From assembly GCA_965195285.1 (NCBI GenBank), contig CBDAFS010000015.1, positions 74,138 to 138,137 on the forward strand: 64,000 nucleotides of DNA, in the 5' to 3' direction. Below, one piece after another: positions 31,221 to 40,799 of the stretch. Source of the DNA: an uncultured Aminicenantes bacterium (GTDB lineage: Bacteria; Acidobacteriota; Aminicenantia; UBA2199). A model generated the notes under the pieces. The model was not told where the DNA came from. It saw only the letters and a list, made by a program, of their open reading frames with translations, and did not search any database. A program made the position numbers and the translations under genes. Numbering within the stretch: the first letter of the stretch is position 1; each line of letters opens with the position of its first letter.

Positions 31221-32900
31221 TTAACGGTTTTTTAATTTTTTCTTTTTTTTTCTACTGGTTTTTCCCTTCTGGGAGAGGGAGTGTTTTTTGATATCCTCTT
31301 TGGGAGAGGCAATCCTGATGGATGCCCCCCCGACAATCTTGTCAAAGGATTTGAGTATCAAATCCGTATATTTTTTTTCCACTTCCACAAAGGAAAAAGA
31401 ATTGAAAATATCTATTTTGCCGATATCTACCTGCCGGTCTCCGGTAACATCGATCATCATGCCGATCAGAGCCTGAGGAAGGACATTATCCTTTTTGCCA
31501 AGTCTGATAAAAAAGCGGGTCATATCAGATCGTTGAAAATCCGTTGCCTTTTTTTTCCGGTCATCTTTTTTTAGTGGTTCGTTCAGATCCACTGTGTCCT
31601 TGTAGTATGATAAAAATCGGTTAAATTCCAGAGCAACGAATTGTTTGATCAGCTGTTCTTTGTTCAGCCATTCAAGTTTTTTATATATCACTGTTAAATA
31701 TGGGTCGATTTGCGAGTCGTCCACTTCCACCTGCTCCATTTTATTAATAAGGCTAAAGAGTTGTTTTTCACAGATGGCCTGGCCATTGGGGATGGGAGCA
31801 TATTCAAATTTTTTATTGATTAGTTTTTCGATTTGTTTGATTTTAAATTTCTCTTTTTGATGAATGATGACAATGGATATGCCTCTCTTGCCCGCACGCC
31901 CGGTTCTACCGCTCCTGTGGGTATATACCAGCAGTTCGTCAGGAAGGTTGTAGTTGATTACATGGCTTAAATCTTCCACATCTAACCCCCGGGCTGCTAC
32001 ATCGGTGGCCACCAGGATTTGAAGGGTTTTTTGCCGGAACCGGTGCATTACATAATCCCGTTGAGCCTGGGAGAGGTCGCCATGCAGGGCATCGGCATTG
32101 TATCCGTCCTTAATCAACTGATCAGCCACCTCCTTGGTTTCGATGCGGGTGCGGCAGAATACGATACCATAAATATCAGGATTATGGTCCACGATCCGTT
32201 TTAATGCCAGGTAGCGGTTTTTTGCCTGAACCATATAGTATATGTGAGAAACATGCTCGGCACCGACGTTCCTCTGGCCAATGGTTATTTCAATGGCCTC
32301 TTTCATATGGGTGCCGGCCAGTTCAACCACATCCCGCGGCATGGTGGCTGAGAAAAGGTAAGTGTGTTTGTTTTTAGAGGTTTTTTCCAGAATAGCGGTA
32401 AGATCCTCTTTGAATCCCATTTTCAACATTTCGTCAGCTTCATCCAGCACCAGGGAATCGATAACTGAAATATCAACTTTTTTCCGGTTCATTAGATCCA
32501 GCAGCCGGCCCGGAGTGGCCACAATAATTTGCGGCCCTTTTTTTAACCGTCTGATCTGTTCTTCGATGTTGGCTCCACCGTAGATGGCCAGGATATGGAT
32601 TTTTTTCAGGTAGCGGGCATAATCGATTAAATCCCCGGTCACCTGCACACACAACTCCCGGGTGGGACAGAGGATTAGTTTTTTTACCCTCTTTTCTCTC
32701 TCATCTGTCTTCTGAATTAAGGGCAGGCCAAAGGCAGCGGTTTTTCCGGTGCCGGTCTGAGCCAGTCCCACCAGGTCTCCCTGCCGCTCCAGTATGATGG
32801 GAATCACCTTGGATTGAATGGGCATAGGTTCCTTAAAGCCGAGGTCCTCTATGCTGTCCAGTAAAGGTTGGCATATACCCATTTCTTTAAATTTATTCAT
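31221..32900 (-). CDS. DEAD-box RNA helicase with a DbpA-type C-terminal domain (DeaD-like)
   Basis: AQTGTGKT, PTREL, DEAD, SAT and HRSGRTGR. Confidence 0.92.
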   Translation of the reverse strand: MNKFKEMGICQPLLDSIEDLGFKEPMPIQSKVIPIILERQGDLVGLAQTGTGKTAAFGLPLIQKTDEREKRVKKLILCPTRELCVQVTGDLIDYARYLKKIHILAIYGGANIEEQIRRLKKGPQIIVATPGRLLDLMNRKKVDISVIDSLVLDEADEMLKMGFKEDLTAILEKTSKNKHTYLFSATMPRDVVELAGTHMKEAIEITIGQRNVGAEHVSHIYYMVQAKNRYLALKRIVDHNPDIYGIVFCRTRIETKEVADQLIKDGYNADALHGDLSQAQRDYVMHRFRQKTLQILVATDVAARGLDVEDLSHVINYNLPDELLVYTHRSGRTGRAGKRGISIVIIHQKEKFKIKQIEKLINKKFEYAPIPNGQAICEKQLFSLINKMEQVEVDDSQIDPYLTVIYKKLEWLNKEQLIKQFVALEFNRFLSYYKDTVDLNEPLKKDDRKKKATDFQRSDMTRFFIRLGKKDNVLPQALIGMMIDVTGDRQVDIGKIDIFNSFSFVEVEKKYTDLILKSFDKIVGGASIRIASPKEDIKKHSLSQKGKTSRKKKKKLKNR

Positions 32901-33062
32901 ATTTACACTTCCTGTTAAATCTCATTTAGAAAAAATATGGTAAAATCGATAAACCGGGAAATTAATATTTCTCCTACCTTATGAAAAGTAAAATGTTTTA
33001 TAAATCAATTGGGTTACTATTTTCCAAACTATATTATATCCAAAAAATCAATTTTCATCAAG

Positions 33063-33097
33063 ATAAAAAAATGACCCCTAAAAGAATCGAATCTTTA
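33063..33097 (-). repeat. att-like duplicate of the tRNA-Lys 3' end
   Basis: ATAAAAAAATGACCCCTAAAAGAATCGAATCTTTA versus ATAAAAAAATGACCCCTAAAGGAATCGAACCTTTA at 55400. Confidence 0.8.
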
Positions 33098-33171
33098 TTT
33101 CTCTTTTATGTAAAAAAAAGAGAACCAAGCGAATTTCAATACTTCAAAAGACCGTCCCTTTTCATCTCTAT

Positions 33172-33200
33172 TTGACAATCTCAATGTTATTAGCTAAACT
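33172..33200 (+). promoter_or_regulatory. Sigma70-type promoter of the metal-uptake operon
   Basis: TTGACA-N17-TAAACT upstream of a GGAGG RBS. Confidence 0.5.
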
Positions 33201-33235
33201 TTGCCCTCATCACTTTGTTAAATGGAGGACAGTTA

Positions 33236-34450
33236 ATGATGAAAAAAATCCTTGTTGTATTAATAATAATACCAATAACAATCAGCACTCTTTATACCCA
33301 GAGCCAAAAGATATCATCACCTTTTTCACAGGCCAAATTTGTACCTAACATTTCTGCTATCCTTGATTTTTCATATATTTACACAGATATTGATGATATG
33401 GAATTCGGCAGAATGTATTTGCCAGGATATTCAACCATTACTGACGATTATAATTATGGATTGAATGGCTTTTCCTTCACCTATTTTGAGCTGGCCCTTG
33501 AATCGGTTGTGGATCCTTATTTTGATCTTTTTGCGGTTTTTCAATTTGCAATCGGTGAATTTTCAATAGAGGAAGCCTTTTTTAGAACCAGGAGCCTTCC
33601 GGCAGGTTTTCAAATCAAAGGGGGAAAATTTTTCAGTGGTTTGGGAAGACTAAATTCCCAGCATGATCACAGATGGAATTTTTGTGACCAGCCCCTCATC
33701 TATAAATCAATTTTTGGAGCCATCAATCTTAATGACCTGGGTATTCAGTTGAATTGGGTAGCCCCAACTGATTTGTTTTTAAAGTTGGGTCTCGAGGTAT
33801 TCCAAGGGCAAAACCAGGAATCTTATTCGTTTCATAACGAAGATATGTTCATCGGTGATATCCTATATGAAAAATCACCTGTTCCCCTGTTTGTCACCTT
33901 TCTTAAAACTTCCACAGATATTGGAAATTTTGTTTTTCTTGGAGGTATAGCTTATGTAAATGGAAAGATTAATAAGTCCTATGATGATGCCGGATATGGG
34001 TTGTCTGGGACCAGTCAGGTTTTGGGAATTGATTTCACTGTTAAATATTTAATAGATTCATATCGTTATCTTAATTTACAGAGTGAATTTTTTTATCGAC
34101 ATATAAAAGGAGACAGAGTTACCGGGGCAGATACCCAAAATATAAAAAAAAGCCATCAGGGATTCTATACAGAACTTATCTGGCGCTACAACCGGAGATG
34201 CCGGTGTGGAATAAGGTATGATCTGGTAAAGGGAGGCGATAATTTATACCTGGATGAAAACAGTATTATTACAGGGGATCTGAATAAATATTCAGCCATG
34301 ATTGAATTTAATGCCACTGAGTTTTCAAGAATTAGGATTCAGTATAATTACAGTAAAGCCAAGGTGTTGGATAATGAATTAAAGACATTTTCTGAAATAT
34401 TCATCAACTGTAATTTTGCTATTGGTGCCCATGGTGCCCACACATTTTAA
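33236..34450 (+). CDS. Outer-membrane beta-barrel protein associated with metal (Zn/Mn) uptake
   Basis: Signal peptide, ELALESVVDPYF, GRLNSQHDH, EFSRIRIQY and a C-terminal GAHGAHTF. Confidence 0.7.
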   Translation: MMKKILVVLIIIPITISTLYTQSQKISSPFSQAKFVPNISAILDFSYIYTDIDDMEFGRMYLPGYSTITDDYNYGLNGFSFTYFELALESVVDPYFDLFAVFQFAIGEFSIEEAFFRTRSLPAGFQIKGGKFFSGLGRLNSQHDHRWNFCDQPLIYKSIFGAINLNDLGIQLNWVAPTDLFLKLGLEVFQGQNQESYSFHNEDMFIGDILYEKSPVPLFVTFLKTSTDIGNFVFLGGIAYVNGKINKSYDDAGYGLSGTSQVLGIDFTVKYLIDSYRYLNLQSEFFYRHIKGDRVTGADTQNIKKSHQGFYTELIWRYNRRCRCGIRYDLVKGGDNLYLDENSIITGDLNKYSAMIEFNATEFSRIRIQYNYSKAKVLDNELKTFSEIFINCNFAIGAHGAHTF

Positions 34451-34466
34451 ATTGAGGAGTTGACCT

Positions 34467-35354
34467 ATGAAAAAGACAGTTATCATATTGATATGTTTTT
34501 TATTTTCTTTTAGCCTGTTTTCTAAGTTAAGGGTGGTTACTACTTATCCCTATATGAAAGATATCACCGATCGAATTGGAAAAGATAAGGTTAATGTTAT
34601 TGCCCTATCTCCGGGCAACTGGGATCCCCATGTTATCATACCCAAACCCTCACTGATTGCTCAGGTCAGAAGAGCTGATCTATTGATCATTAATGGTGGA
34701 CAACTGGAAATCGGATGGATCCCCCCGGTAATCAGACAGGCAAATAATGCCAAGGTCTTGCCATCCAAAAAAGGTTTTTTAGATCTCTCAAATTTTGTCA
34801 AGATGATCCAGGTGCCGGATAGTGTCTCAAGGGAACAGGGTGATATTCATCCAGCGGGAAATCCCCATTATCATCTGGATCCCCATAATATTCCTCTTTT
34901 GATAGATGCAATTGCCGACAAGCTGATTGACCTGGACCCTGATAATATGGAATATTACAATAAAAATAAAGAAGAATTCCTCAATTTATGGAAAATAAAG
35001 ATTGTTGAATGGGAGAAAAAATTGGCCCCGTTGAAGGGGACGAAATACCTTGAGTTTCACAAAAATTTTGATTATTTCTTACAAAGATTTGGCCTGATTG
35101 TTATAGACACTATTGAACCTTTGCCCGGGATACCGCCCACCTCTAGGCACACGATTGATCTGATTAAAAAGTTAAAAACCGAAAAAGTGGCTAAAATTTT
35201 ACATGATGTCTATCACTCATCCAAATGCACCAAATTAATCTCTAAAAAAACCAGTGTCCCCTGGGTTATCATCCCGCATGATGTTTTGGCCATTAATAAA
35301 GTTAAAGATCTCTTTTCATTATATGATGAAATAGTTGATAGGCTGATCAAATGA
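34467..35354 (+). CDS. Metal ABC transporter substrate-binding protein (ZnuA/TroA family)
   Basis: VVTTYP, DPH, GDIHPAGNPHYHLDP and EPLPGIPPT. Confidence 0.88.
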   Translation: MKKTVIILICFLFSFSLFSKLRVVTTYPYMKDITDRIGKDKVNVIALSPGNWDPHVIIPKPSLIAQVRRADLLIINGGQLEIGWIPPVIRQANNAKVLPSKKGFLDLSNFVKMIQVPDSVSREQGDIHPAGNPHYHLDPHNIPLLIDAIADKLIDLDPDNMEYYNKNKEEFLNLWKIKIVEWEKKLAPLKGTKYLEFHKNFDYFLQRFGLIVIDTIEPLPGIPPTSRHTIDLIKKLKTEKVAKILHDVYHSSKCTKLISKKTSVPWVIIPHDVLAINKVKDLFSLYDEIVDRLIK

Positions 35355-36100
35355 TTGAAATTTTGGATATCTTGGCCCCCGCCTTTTTGCTATCCATTGT
35401 TTTACTCGGTATTCACTCCTATTTCGGACTGGAAATAATCAAACGCGGTATCATTTTTACTGATCTGGCCATTGGACAGATGGCGGCATTGGGGACGGCT
35501 GTATCACTTTTGATATGGGAAACTGAATATTATATGGTGTCGCTGGTTTTTGCACTCACAGGAGCCCTGCTGATCGCTTATGCCTCCAAAAGGGTCAAAA
35601 ACTTGGAGGCTTATATCGGACTGCTATATGCTTTTGCTGTCTCGTCTGTGGTTATCCTGCTTTCCCATTCTGCTCATGGAATGGAAAAATTCCACGAGCT
35701 AATGGCTGCTGATATACTTTTTACTCCCATAAATGAAGTTTACAAAACGGCTGTTTTTTATGCATTGCTGGGAATAGGCATCTATTATGCTATGAAAAAA
35801 ACCACTGGATTCATAAGAGATATACTCTTTTTTGTCACCTTTGCGGTCACCGTAACCAGTTCGGTAAAACTGGCGGGCGTACTGGTTATTTTCGCCATTC
35901 TGATTTCACCGGCACTCATTGCCACTATATTAAAGGCCAAAAGGCCGATTTTTTTTGCATGGGGTATTGGATTGATTATTAACCTTATTTCAATTTCAGT
36001 TTCTTATTTAATAGATCTCCCTACTGGTTATACCCTGGTATTTTTCCATGCGCTGTGCTCAATTATTGTCTGTCTGATAAAACCAACAACAAGCGATTGA
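35351..36100 (+). CDS. Metal ABC transporter permease (ABC-3/ZnuB-like)
   Basis: GIHSYFGLEIIKRGIIFTDLAI, SSVKLAGVLVIFAILISPA and DLPTG. Confidence 0.82.
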   Translation: MIEILDILAPAFLLSIVLLGIHSYFGLEIIKRGIIFTDLAIGQMAALGTAVSLLIWETEYYMVSLVFALTGALLIAYASKRVKNLEAYIGLLYAFAVSSVVILLSHSAHGMEKFHELMAADILFTPINEVYKTAVFYALLGIGIYYAMKKTTGFIRDILFFVTFAVTVTSSVKLAGVLVIFAILISPALIATILKAKRPIFFAWGIGLIINLISISVSYLIDLPTGYTLVFFHALCSIIVCLIKPTTSD

Positions 36101-36140
36101 CTGTTCTGAATATTTAAGTTATGAATTTATCTTTGTTTGA

Positions 36141-36713
36141 TTAACGTTGCCAAAAAGGAGAGTATCTGGTGTTGTTTCTCAATCCCCTTCCTCTACCACG
36201 TCCATTGTAGAAGCTCATATTTCGACCCCTACCACGTGCACGTCCAAAGCCTCTACCATAACCCATACCATAACCTCTGCCAAAACCTGTACGGTAACCT
36301 CTACCCAGATTAATTCCCAGACAGGAGTCAGAAGGAAGTAATACAATCTGTTCAGTGGTTAGTATGCCCAAGGTGTCAAGACGGTAATCCAATATCTTTT
36401 CTTGGAATTTCTGTTGCAGAGCAGAAATTTCTTTTTGTTTGGTTATGATAGCGGTATTGTCCGGAGGTGATTTGAAAAGTAAGGTTCGAAGTTCCAAAGA
36501 CTTGGAGGTTAAGTGATTTTGGATTGGAATAATTTCTTTTGTGAAATTCAGCTGAAGATTTTCAAATTTTACTTTTTGTTCTGTGGTTAAATTCAACATT
36601 GAAGTATAGTTAGTCCAGGGGCACCATGGTGTCCAGCCGGGGGATTGGGCTGATAGAAAAGAATATGATACCAGTATTAGAATGATGCTGAATAAAGTAA
36701 GCGACTTTTTCAT
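36141..36713 (-). CDS. Periplasmic Spy/CpxP/ZraP-like protein with a Gly/Arg-rich tail
   Basis: Signal peptide, two LTxEQ motifs (LTTEQ) and GRGYGMGYGRGFGR repeats. Confidence 0.7.
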   Translation of the reverse strand: MKKSLTLFSIILILVSYSFLSAQSPGWTPWCPWTNYTSMLNLTTEQKVKFENLQLNFTKEIIPIQNHLTSKSLELRTLLFKSPPDNTAIITKQKEISALQQKFQEKILDYRLDTLGILTTEQIVLLPSDSCLGINLGRGYRTGFGRGYGMGYGRGFGRARGRGRNMSFYNGRGRGRGLRNNTRYSPFWQR

Positions 36714-36885
36714 AATTAACTCCTTTATATTTTATTAGTCATGTTAGGTAATAGTTGCATTTAATCTTCTATATATTAATACAGATGTTGGCTGTTTTTT
36801 CTTTCATTTTTTTTAAAAAAGGAAGGGATTATTTAAATAATCATTTGGGTTAACACTTTTTATTTAAATGAAGATTAACGGTTGG

Positions 36886-37641
36886 TTATTGTGTCCGATT
36901 TCTTCTTTTGTGCCAAAATCCTCTGATTTCATGCTTTCTGCCATAACCACGGCCAAATAAAGGTCGAATTTCGCTGGCTATAAATTTGTTATCCCCTGTC
37001 TTATTTCCAATGAGCTTTATCTTTAACCCGATTTCCGGTCTACGTTTTCCTCGCCATAGCGTGTTTGAAATATCGATTTCCCAAACAATACCCTGCAAAT
37101 CTTTGACATTTATTTCTTGCGAAGATACTAATTTTACAATTTCTCCGGCTAACAGTCCTTTTTGGGGAGACATCCACATTCTGTGCCTGCCAGAATTTAT
37201 CATGCGATAAATCGGGATATTTTTTTGAAATACAGATTCGAGCCTTTCTGAAAAACCGGTTTGATATAAGAGGAGTCCGCCAATAATTGAAAGTAAAATA
37301 CTGGATAGAATTATGATTGTCGTGTTGATCCGATACCCTTTCTCTGTGCGTCTAAAATAGTAATAAGCCACTACTAAAAAAAAGAATAAAAAAACAAACC
37401 AGAAATAGGGAAGTATTAAGATTACATAACCCAACAACGTATAATTCAGAAGATGATATAAATCCCAGTCAACATGCTTTATTTGGAAAATAACCACACT
37501 GCTGGCAATAATTCCGAGCAGGATTGATAATCCAAACAGCGTCCAGGTAACTGATTTTTTCAAAATAAAATATTTTTTAGGATACGGTTTGAGTTTCTCT
37601 TTTTTGATTTTTTTGATGACATTTTTACTTATCTCAGTCAT
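36886..37641 (-). CDS. Membrane protein, probable anti-sigma factor
   Basis: Three TM helices, Y.FRRTEKGYR, C-terminal OB-like GLLAGEI...FIASEIRP; overlaps the ECF sigma stop. Confidence 0.6.
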   Translation of the reverse strand: MTEISKNVIKKIKKEKLKPYPKKYFILKKSVTWTLFGLSILLGIIASSVVIFQIKHVDWDLYHLLNYTLLGYVILILPYFWFVFLFFFLVVAYYYFRRTEKGYRINTTIIILSSILLSIIGGLLLYQTGFSERLESVFQKNIPIYRMINSGRHRMWMSPQKGLLAGEIVKLVSSQEINVKDLQGIVWEIDISNTLWRGKRRPEIGLKIKLIGNKTGDNKFIASEIRPLFGRGYGRKHEIRGFWHKRRNRTQ

Positions 37642-38249
37642 TGTTCACCCTTTAACCAATAATGTTTTATTAGTTTTTTAAATTTTGATTTTGCCCGGTT
37701 AATCAACGTGGCAACGGTTCCGGGAGGTTTTCGTAAAATATCGCTTATTTCGGTATATTTTTTATCTTCAAGGTATCGAAGAACCAGTACTTCTCGATAT
37801 TTATGGGGAAGTTTTGAGAGTAACTCTCTAATGTTGTCCGCTTTTTCTCTTGATATTAATGCCTGATAAGGATAGCTCTCATCATTAATAATGTGGGATA
37901 AGTTAATAATATCACTATGGTTGAGTTGCAAATGGGACTTGGGTAATCGGGATTCACTTTTTTTATAGAAATTTATTATTTCATTATGTGCAATACGGTA
38001 AATCCAACTGGAAAATTTTAACTTTTGATTGAATCCATTAAGATTACAATAAACTTTGATAAAAATGTCCTGTAAAATATCTTCTGATTCCGGATGGGTA
38101 ATATCTGATATTCGATTAATATAACGCAATAATTTCCTTTCATACCTTTTGATCAAATAGTAAAAATATTTTTTATTTCTCAAAGAAAGTTGCACCAATT
38201 CTTCATCGGTCAGTTTTTCAATTTTTCTAACTGTTGAGTTTTCAGACAT
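37638..38249 (-). CDS. ECF RNA polymerase sigma factor (SigW-like)
   Basis: LTDEELV, EDILQDIF, FSSWIYRIAHN, YREVLVLRY and GTVATLINRAK. Confidence 0.9.
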   Translation of the reverse strand: MSENSTVRKIEKLTDEELVQLSLRNKKYFYYLIKRYERKLLRYINRISDITHPESEDILQDIFIKVYCNLNGFNQKLKFSSWIYRIAHNEIINFYKKSESRLPKSHLQLNHSDIINLSHIINDESYPYQALISREKADNIRELLSKLPHKYREVLVLRYLEDKKYTEISDILRKPPGTVATLINRAKSKFKKLIKHYWLKGEQ

Positions 38250-38264
38250 GAGTAAAACCAATTG

Positions 38265-38666
38265 TTATCCAGATTTCTCAGAAGTTGAATCAATGAGCTT
38301 TTCCAAGAGGCGGCGTTCTTTCTTAGTCGGTCGGCCGCTGCCTTTTCCTCTGGCAGCGAAAATCAGACCCAGAGGGTTGTTTCTGGCCTGATCCAGTTTT
38401 TCAAGGTCGGCGACCGGGGTGATCTCCTCGACCAATTCGCGAGCCATGGCAGCCGAGACTCTTTTGACTGCAAGGTTCTTAACCAGGTATTGGCGCACGA
38501 TCGGCGGCTGCTTGATGAATATGATTTCCCCGGCCCGGATCGGACGGGAGGGCTTGACCGCGCTTCCGGCAACCTGGACGCGACCGCCGCGGCAAACCCT
38601 GTTGGCCAGGCTCCTGGTCTTGAAAAGCCGCGCGGCCCACAACCATTGATCGATCCGAGTTGACAT
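38265..38666 (-). CDS. hslR: Ribosome-associated heat shock protein Hsp15 (S4 domain)
   Basis: RIDQWLWAARLFKTRSLA and GSGRPTKKERR. Confidence 0.88.
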   Translation of the reverse strand: MSTRIDQWLWAARLFKTRSLANRVCRGGRVQVAGSAVKPSRPIRAGEIIFIKQPPIVRQYLVKNLAVKRVSAAMARELVEEITPVADLEKLDQARNNPLGLIFAARGKGSGRPTKKERRLLEKLIDSTSEKSG

Positions 38667-38787
38667 TGTTCTTGCTTGTATTATATAACAAGGCAGGTGA
38701 AAAATAAACAGACTTGCTGCTTCGCAAAAGAAAAAGAAAAGAAGAAGAAGAAGGGGTCAGAAGAAGGGGTCAAGTCTTTAATCAGAA

Positions 38788-39108
38788 GGGGTCAAGTCTT
38801 TAATTCACGTTTCGTGATAAGCCTCATTATTTCAATCACCTTATTCTCAACCGAGGAGTATTTATTAACATATGATAATGGTTAGGTTTCAAAGCAAACG
38901 CATATATATTAACAGACCATAATTCTGATGCCTGGGAAAGCAAGTCAATAAAAGTTTGGTAATCCTCATCATCTAAATAAATTATCTCCAATCTCCTTCC
39001 CCTGTTCATAACATGATACCAGGCTCCAGGATATTCAATTCTTAAAGGCCTGCTCATGACAATACAATATCATTATATTCTTGAAACGAAGTCCAAAGAC
39101 TTGACCCC
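38788..39108 (-). mobile_element. TIR-flanked Y1/HUH (RAYT-like) transposase element, internally deleted
   Basis: Inverted GGGGTCAAGTCTTT termini at 38788 and 39108, with extra tandem copies at 38753 and 38766. Confidence 0.75.
38792..39057 (-). pseudogene. REP-associated tyrosine (Y1) transposase pseudogene
   Basis: MSRPLRIEYPGAWYHVMNRG...PNHYHML (HUH motif) stops after 73 aa; another frame carries a plausible C-terminal tail VENKVIEIMRLITKRELKT* ending in the repeat. Confidence 0.8.
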
Positions 39109-39379
39109 TTTATTTATTATGTGATACGATTAGCAGGTGCAAAAGAGTAATAAAGTAAGGCACCGTCCCCGTAATTTAATTATTGATTGTAAACAGAGAT
39201 TTGACTTTCTTAAATTGTTAAATTAGTATAGTTAGTAAAAGCATAGTCTTCCATTTAGAGCTCTATTTTGGAGAGAATGTCATTATGAGTACAATTTTTT
39301 CCTTAAAAAAATCGCGGAGGTGAACGATGGGGTTATTTTTTGATTTTAACAAAACATTTAATGAAATGGGTAGGGCATT

Positions 39380-39504
39380 TGTGCGTGGTCACCAGGTTTG
39401 AGACTTTTCTGGTCATGAGGTTTGAGACTTTATTAAAGTTAATATTTTCAGAAAAGTTTTAAACCTTTTATCCCCAAAAGTTTAAAAACTGGTGTTCACG
39501 CACA
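39380..39504. mobile_element. 125-bp MITE with IS21-like ends
   Basis: TG...CA ends, 24/29 terminal inverted repeat, internal repeated GTTTGAGACTTT-type units; no target duplication. Confidence 0.6.
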
Positions 39505-39544
39505 ACAACATAAAGAAAATATTATGGATCTGTAAATTAAAAAA

Positions 39545-40702
39545 ATGGAAATCATCAATATGGCACAACTCTTAACAATCGGCGTGATTGGAAAAACACT
39601 AAAAGAAAACGAAAAACGAGTAGCCATTCATCCGGAACATATAAAAAGCATTCCAAAGGGATTACGAAAACAAATCACTTTTGAAGAAGGTTATGGATTG
39701 AGATTTGGCATGGATGATAACACTTTAGCCAAACTTACATCAGGGCGAGTTGCTTCCAGAGAAGAAATACTGAAAGGTTTTGATTGTGTGCTAATACCCA
39801 AACCTTTGGCAAAAGATTTGTCTCAGGTACGAGCAGGTGCAATTGTCTGGGGTTGGCCGCATTGTGTACAACAGAAAGAAATGACGCAAGTATCAATTGA
39901 AAGAAAATTAACCCTTATTGCCTGGGAAGAAATGTTTACATGGAGCCGAACAGGTGATAAAAATATGCATATTTTTTATAAAAACAATGAAATAGCAGGC
40001 TATGCCAGTGTAAATCATGCGATAAGTCTTATCGGAGTTGTCGGGAATTATGGAAAACCCCGAAAAGCAGTGGTACTCAGTTTTGGATCGGTGAGTCGAG
40101 GGGCAGTATATGCATTGCAAGGTCAAGGATCTCGAGATATCACGGTCTACACCTGTCGCGCATCAACAAATGTGAGTGATCAATTGCCTACAATATCTTT
40201 TAAACAAATGAAGAATGACGATTCAGGAAATTTGCTTGCAGTTGAATCTGACGGCAGTACTCGCCCATTTGCAGAAGCATTATCAGATGTGCAAATAATT
40301 GTTAATGGAACCCTTCAAGATGTTGACCATCCAAAAATGTTTGTACCTGAAGATGAGGCTGATAAATTGATGAAAGGCACTCTTATTATTGATATAAGCT
40401 GTGATGAGGGAATGGGTTTTTGGTGTGCCAAACCAACATCCTTTGAATACCCAATGTTTGAAGTGGCGGGTAAATTTTATTATTCAGTGGATCACAGTCC
40501 AAGTTATTATTGGAATTCTGCCTCATGGGAAATTTCAAAAGCATTACTTCCATTTTTACCCATAGTTATTGGGGGACCAAATAAATGGGAAAAGAACAAA
40601 ACCATTTCAAAAGCAATAGAAATATGCAATGGAGTAATTCAAAATCCGAAAATTCTTTCATTCCAAAATCGAGAGAAAGATTATCCACACCAATTTCGTT
40701 AA
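39545..40702 (+). CDS. N(5)-(carboxyethyl)ornithine synthase-like protein (AlaDh/PNT family)
   Basis: KENEKRVAIHP, WGWPHCVQ, NNEIAGY, IDISCD and YSVDHSPSYYW. Confidence 0.8.
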   Translation: MEIINMAQLLTIGVIGKTLKENEKRVAIHPEHIKSIPKGLRKQITFEEGYGLRFGMDDNTLAKLTSGRVASREEILKGFDCVLIPKPLAKDLSQVRAGAIVWGWPHCVQQKEMTQVSIERKLTLIAWEEMFTWSRTGDKNMHIFYKNNEIAGYASVNHAISLIGVVGNYGKPRKAVVLSFGSVSRGAVYALQGQGSRDITVYTCRASTNVSDQLPTISFKQMKNDDSGNLLAVESDGSTRPFAEALSDVQIIVNGTLQDVDHPKMFVPEDEADKLMKGTLIIDISCDEGMGFWCAKPTSFEYPMFEVAGKFYYSVDHSPSYYWNSASWEISKALLPFLPIVIGGPNKWEKNKTISKAIEICNGVIQNPKILSFQNREKDYPHQFR

Positions 40703-40799
40703 TGAATTCTATTACAATGAAAATTACATCGTAAAACATAGGGTTTAAGAAAACTTGTAAAACAAGAAAAGACATGGAAAAATTCAGGGAATATTTATA

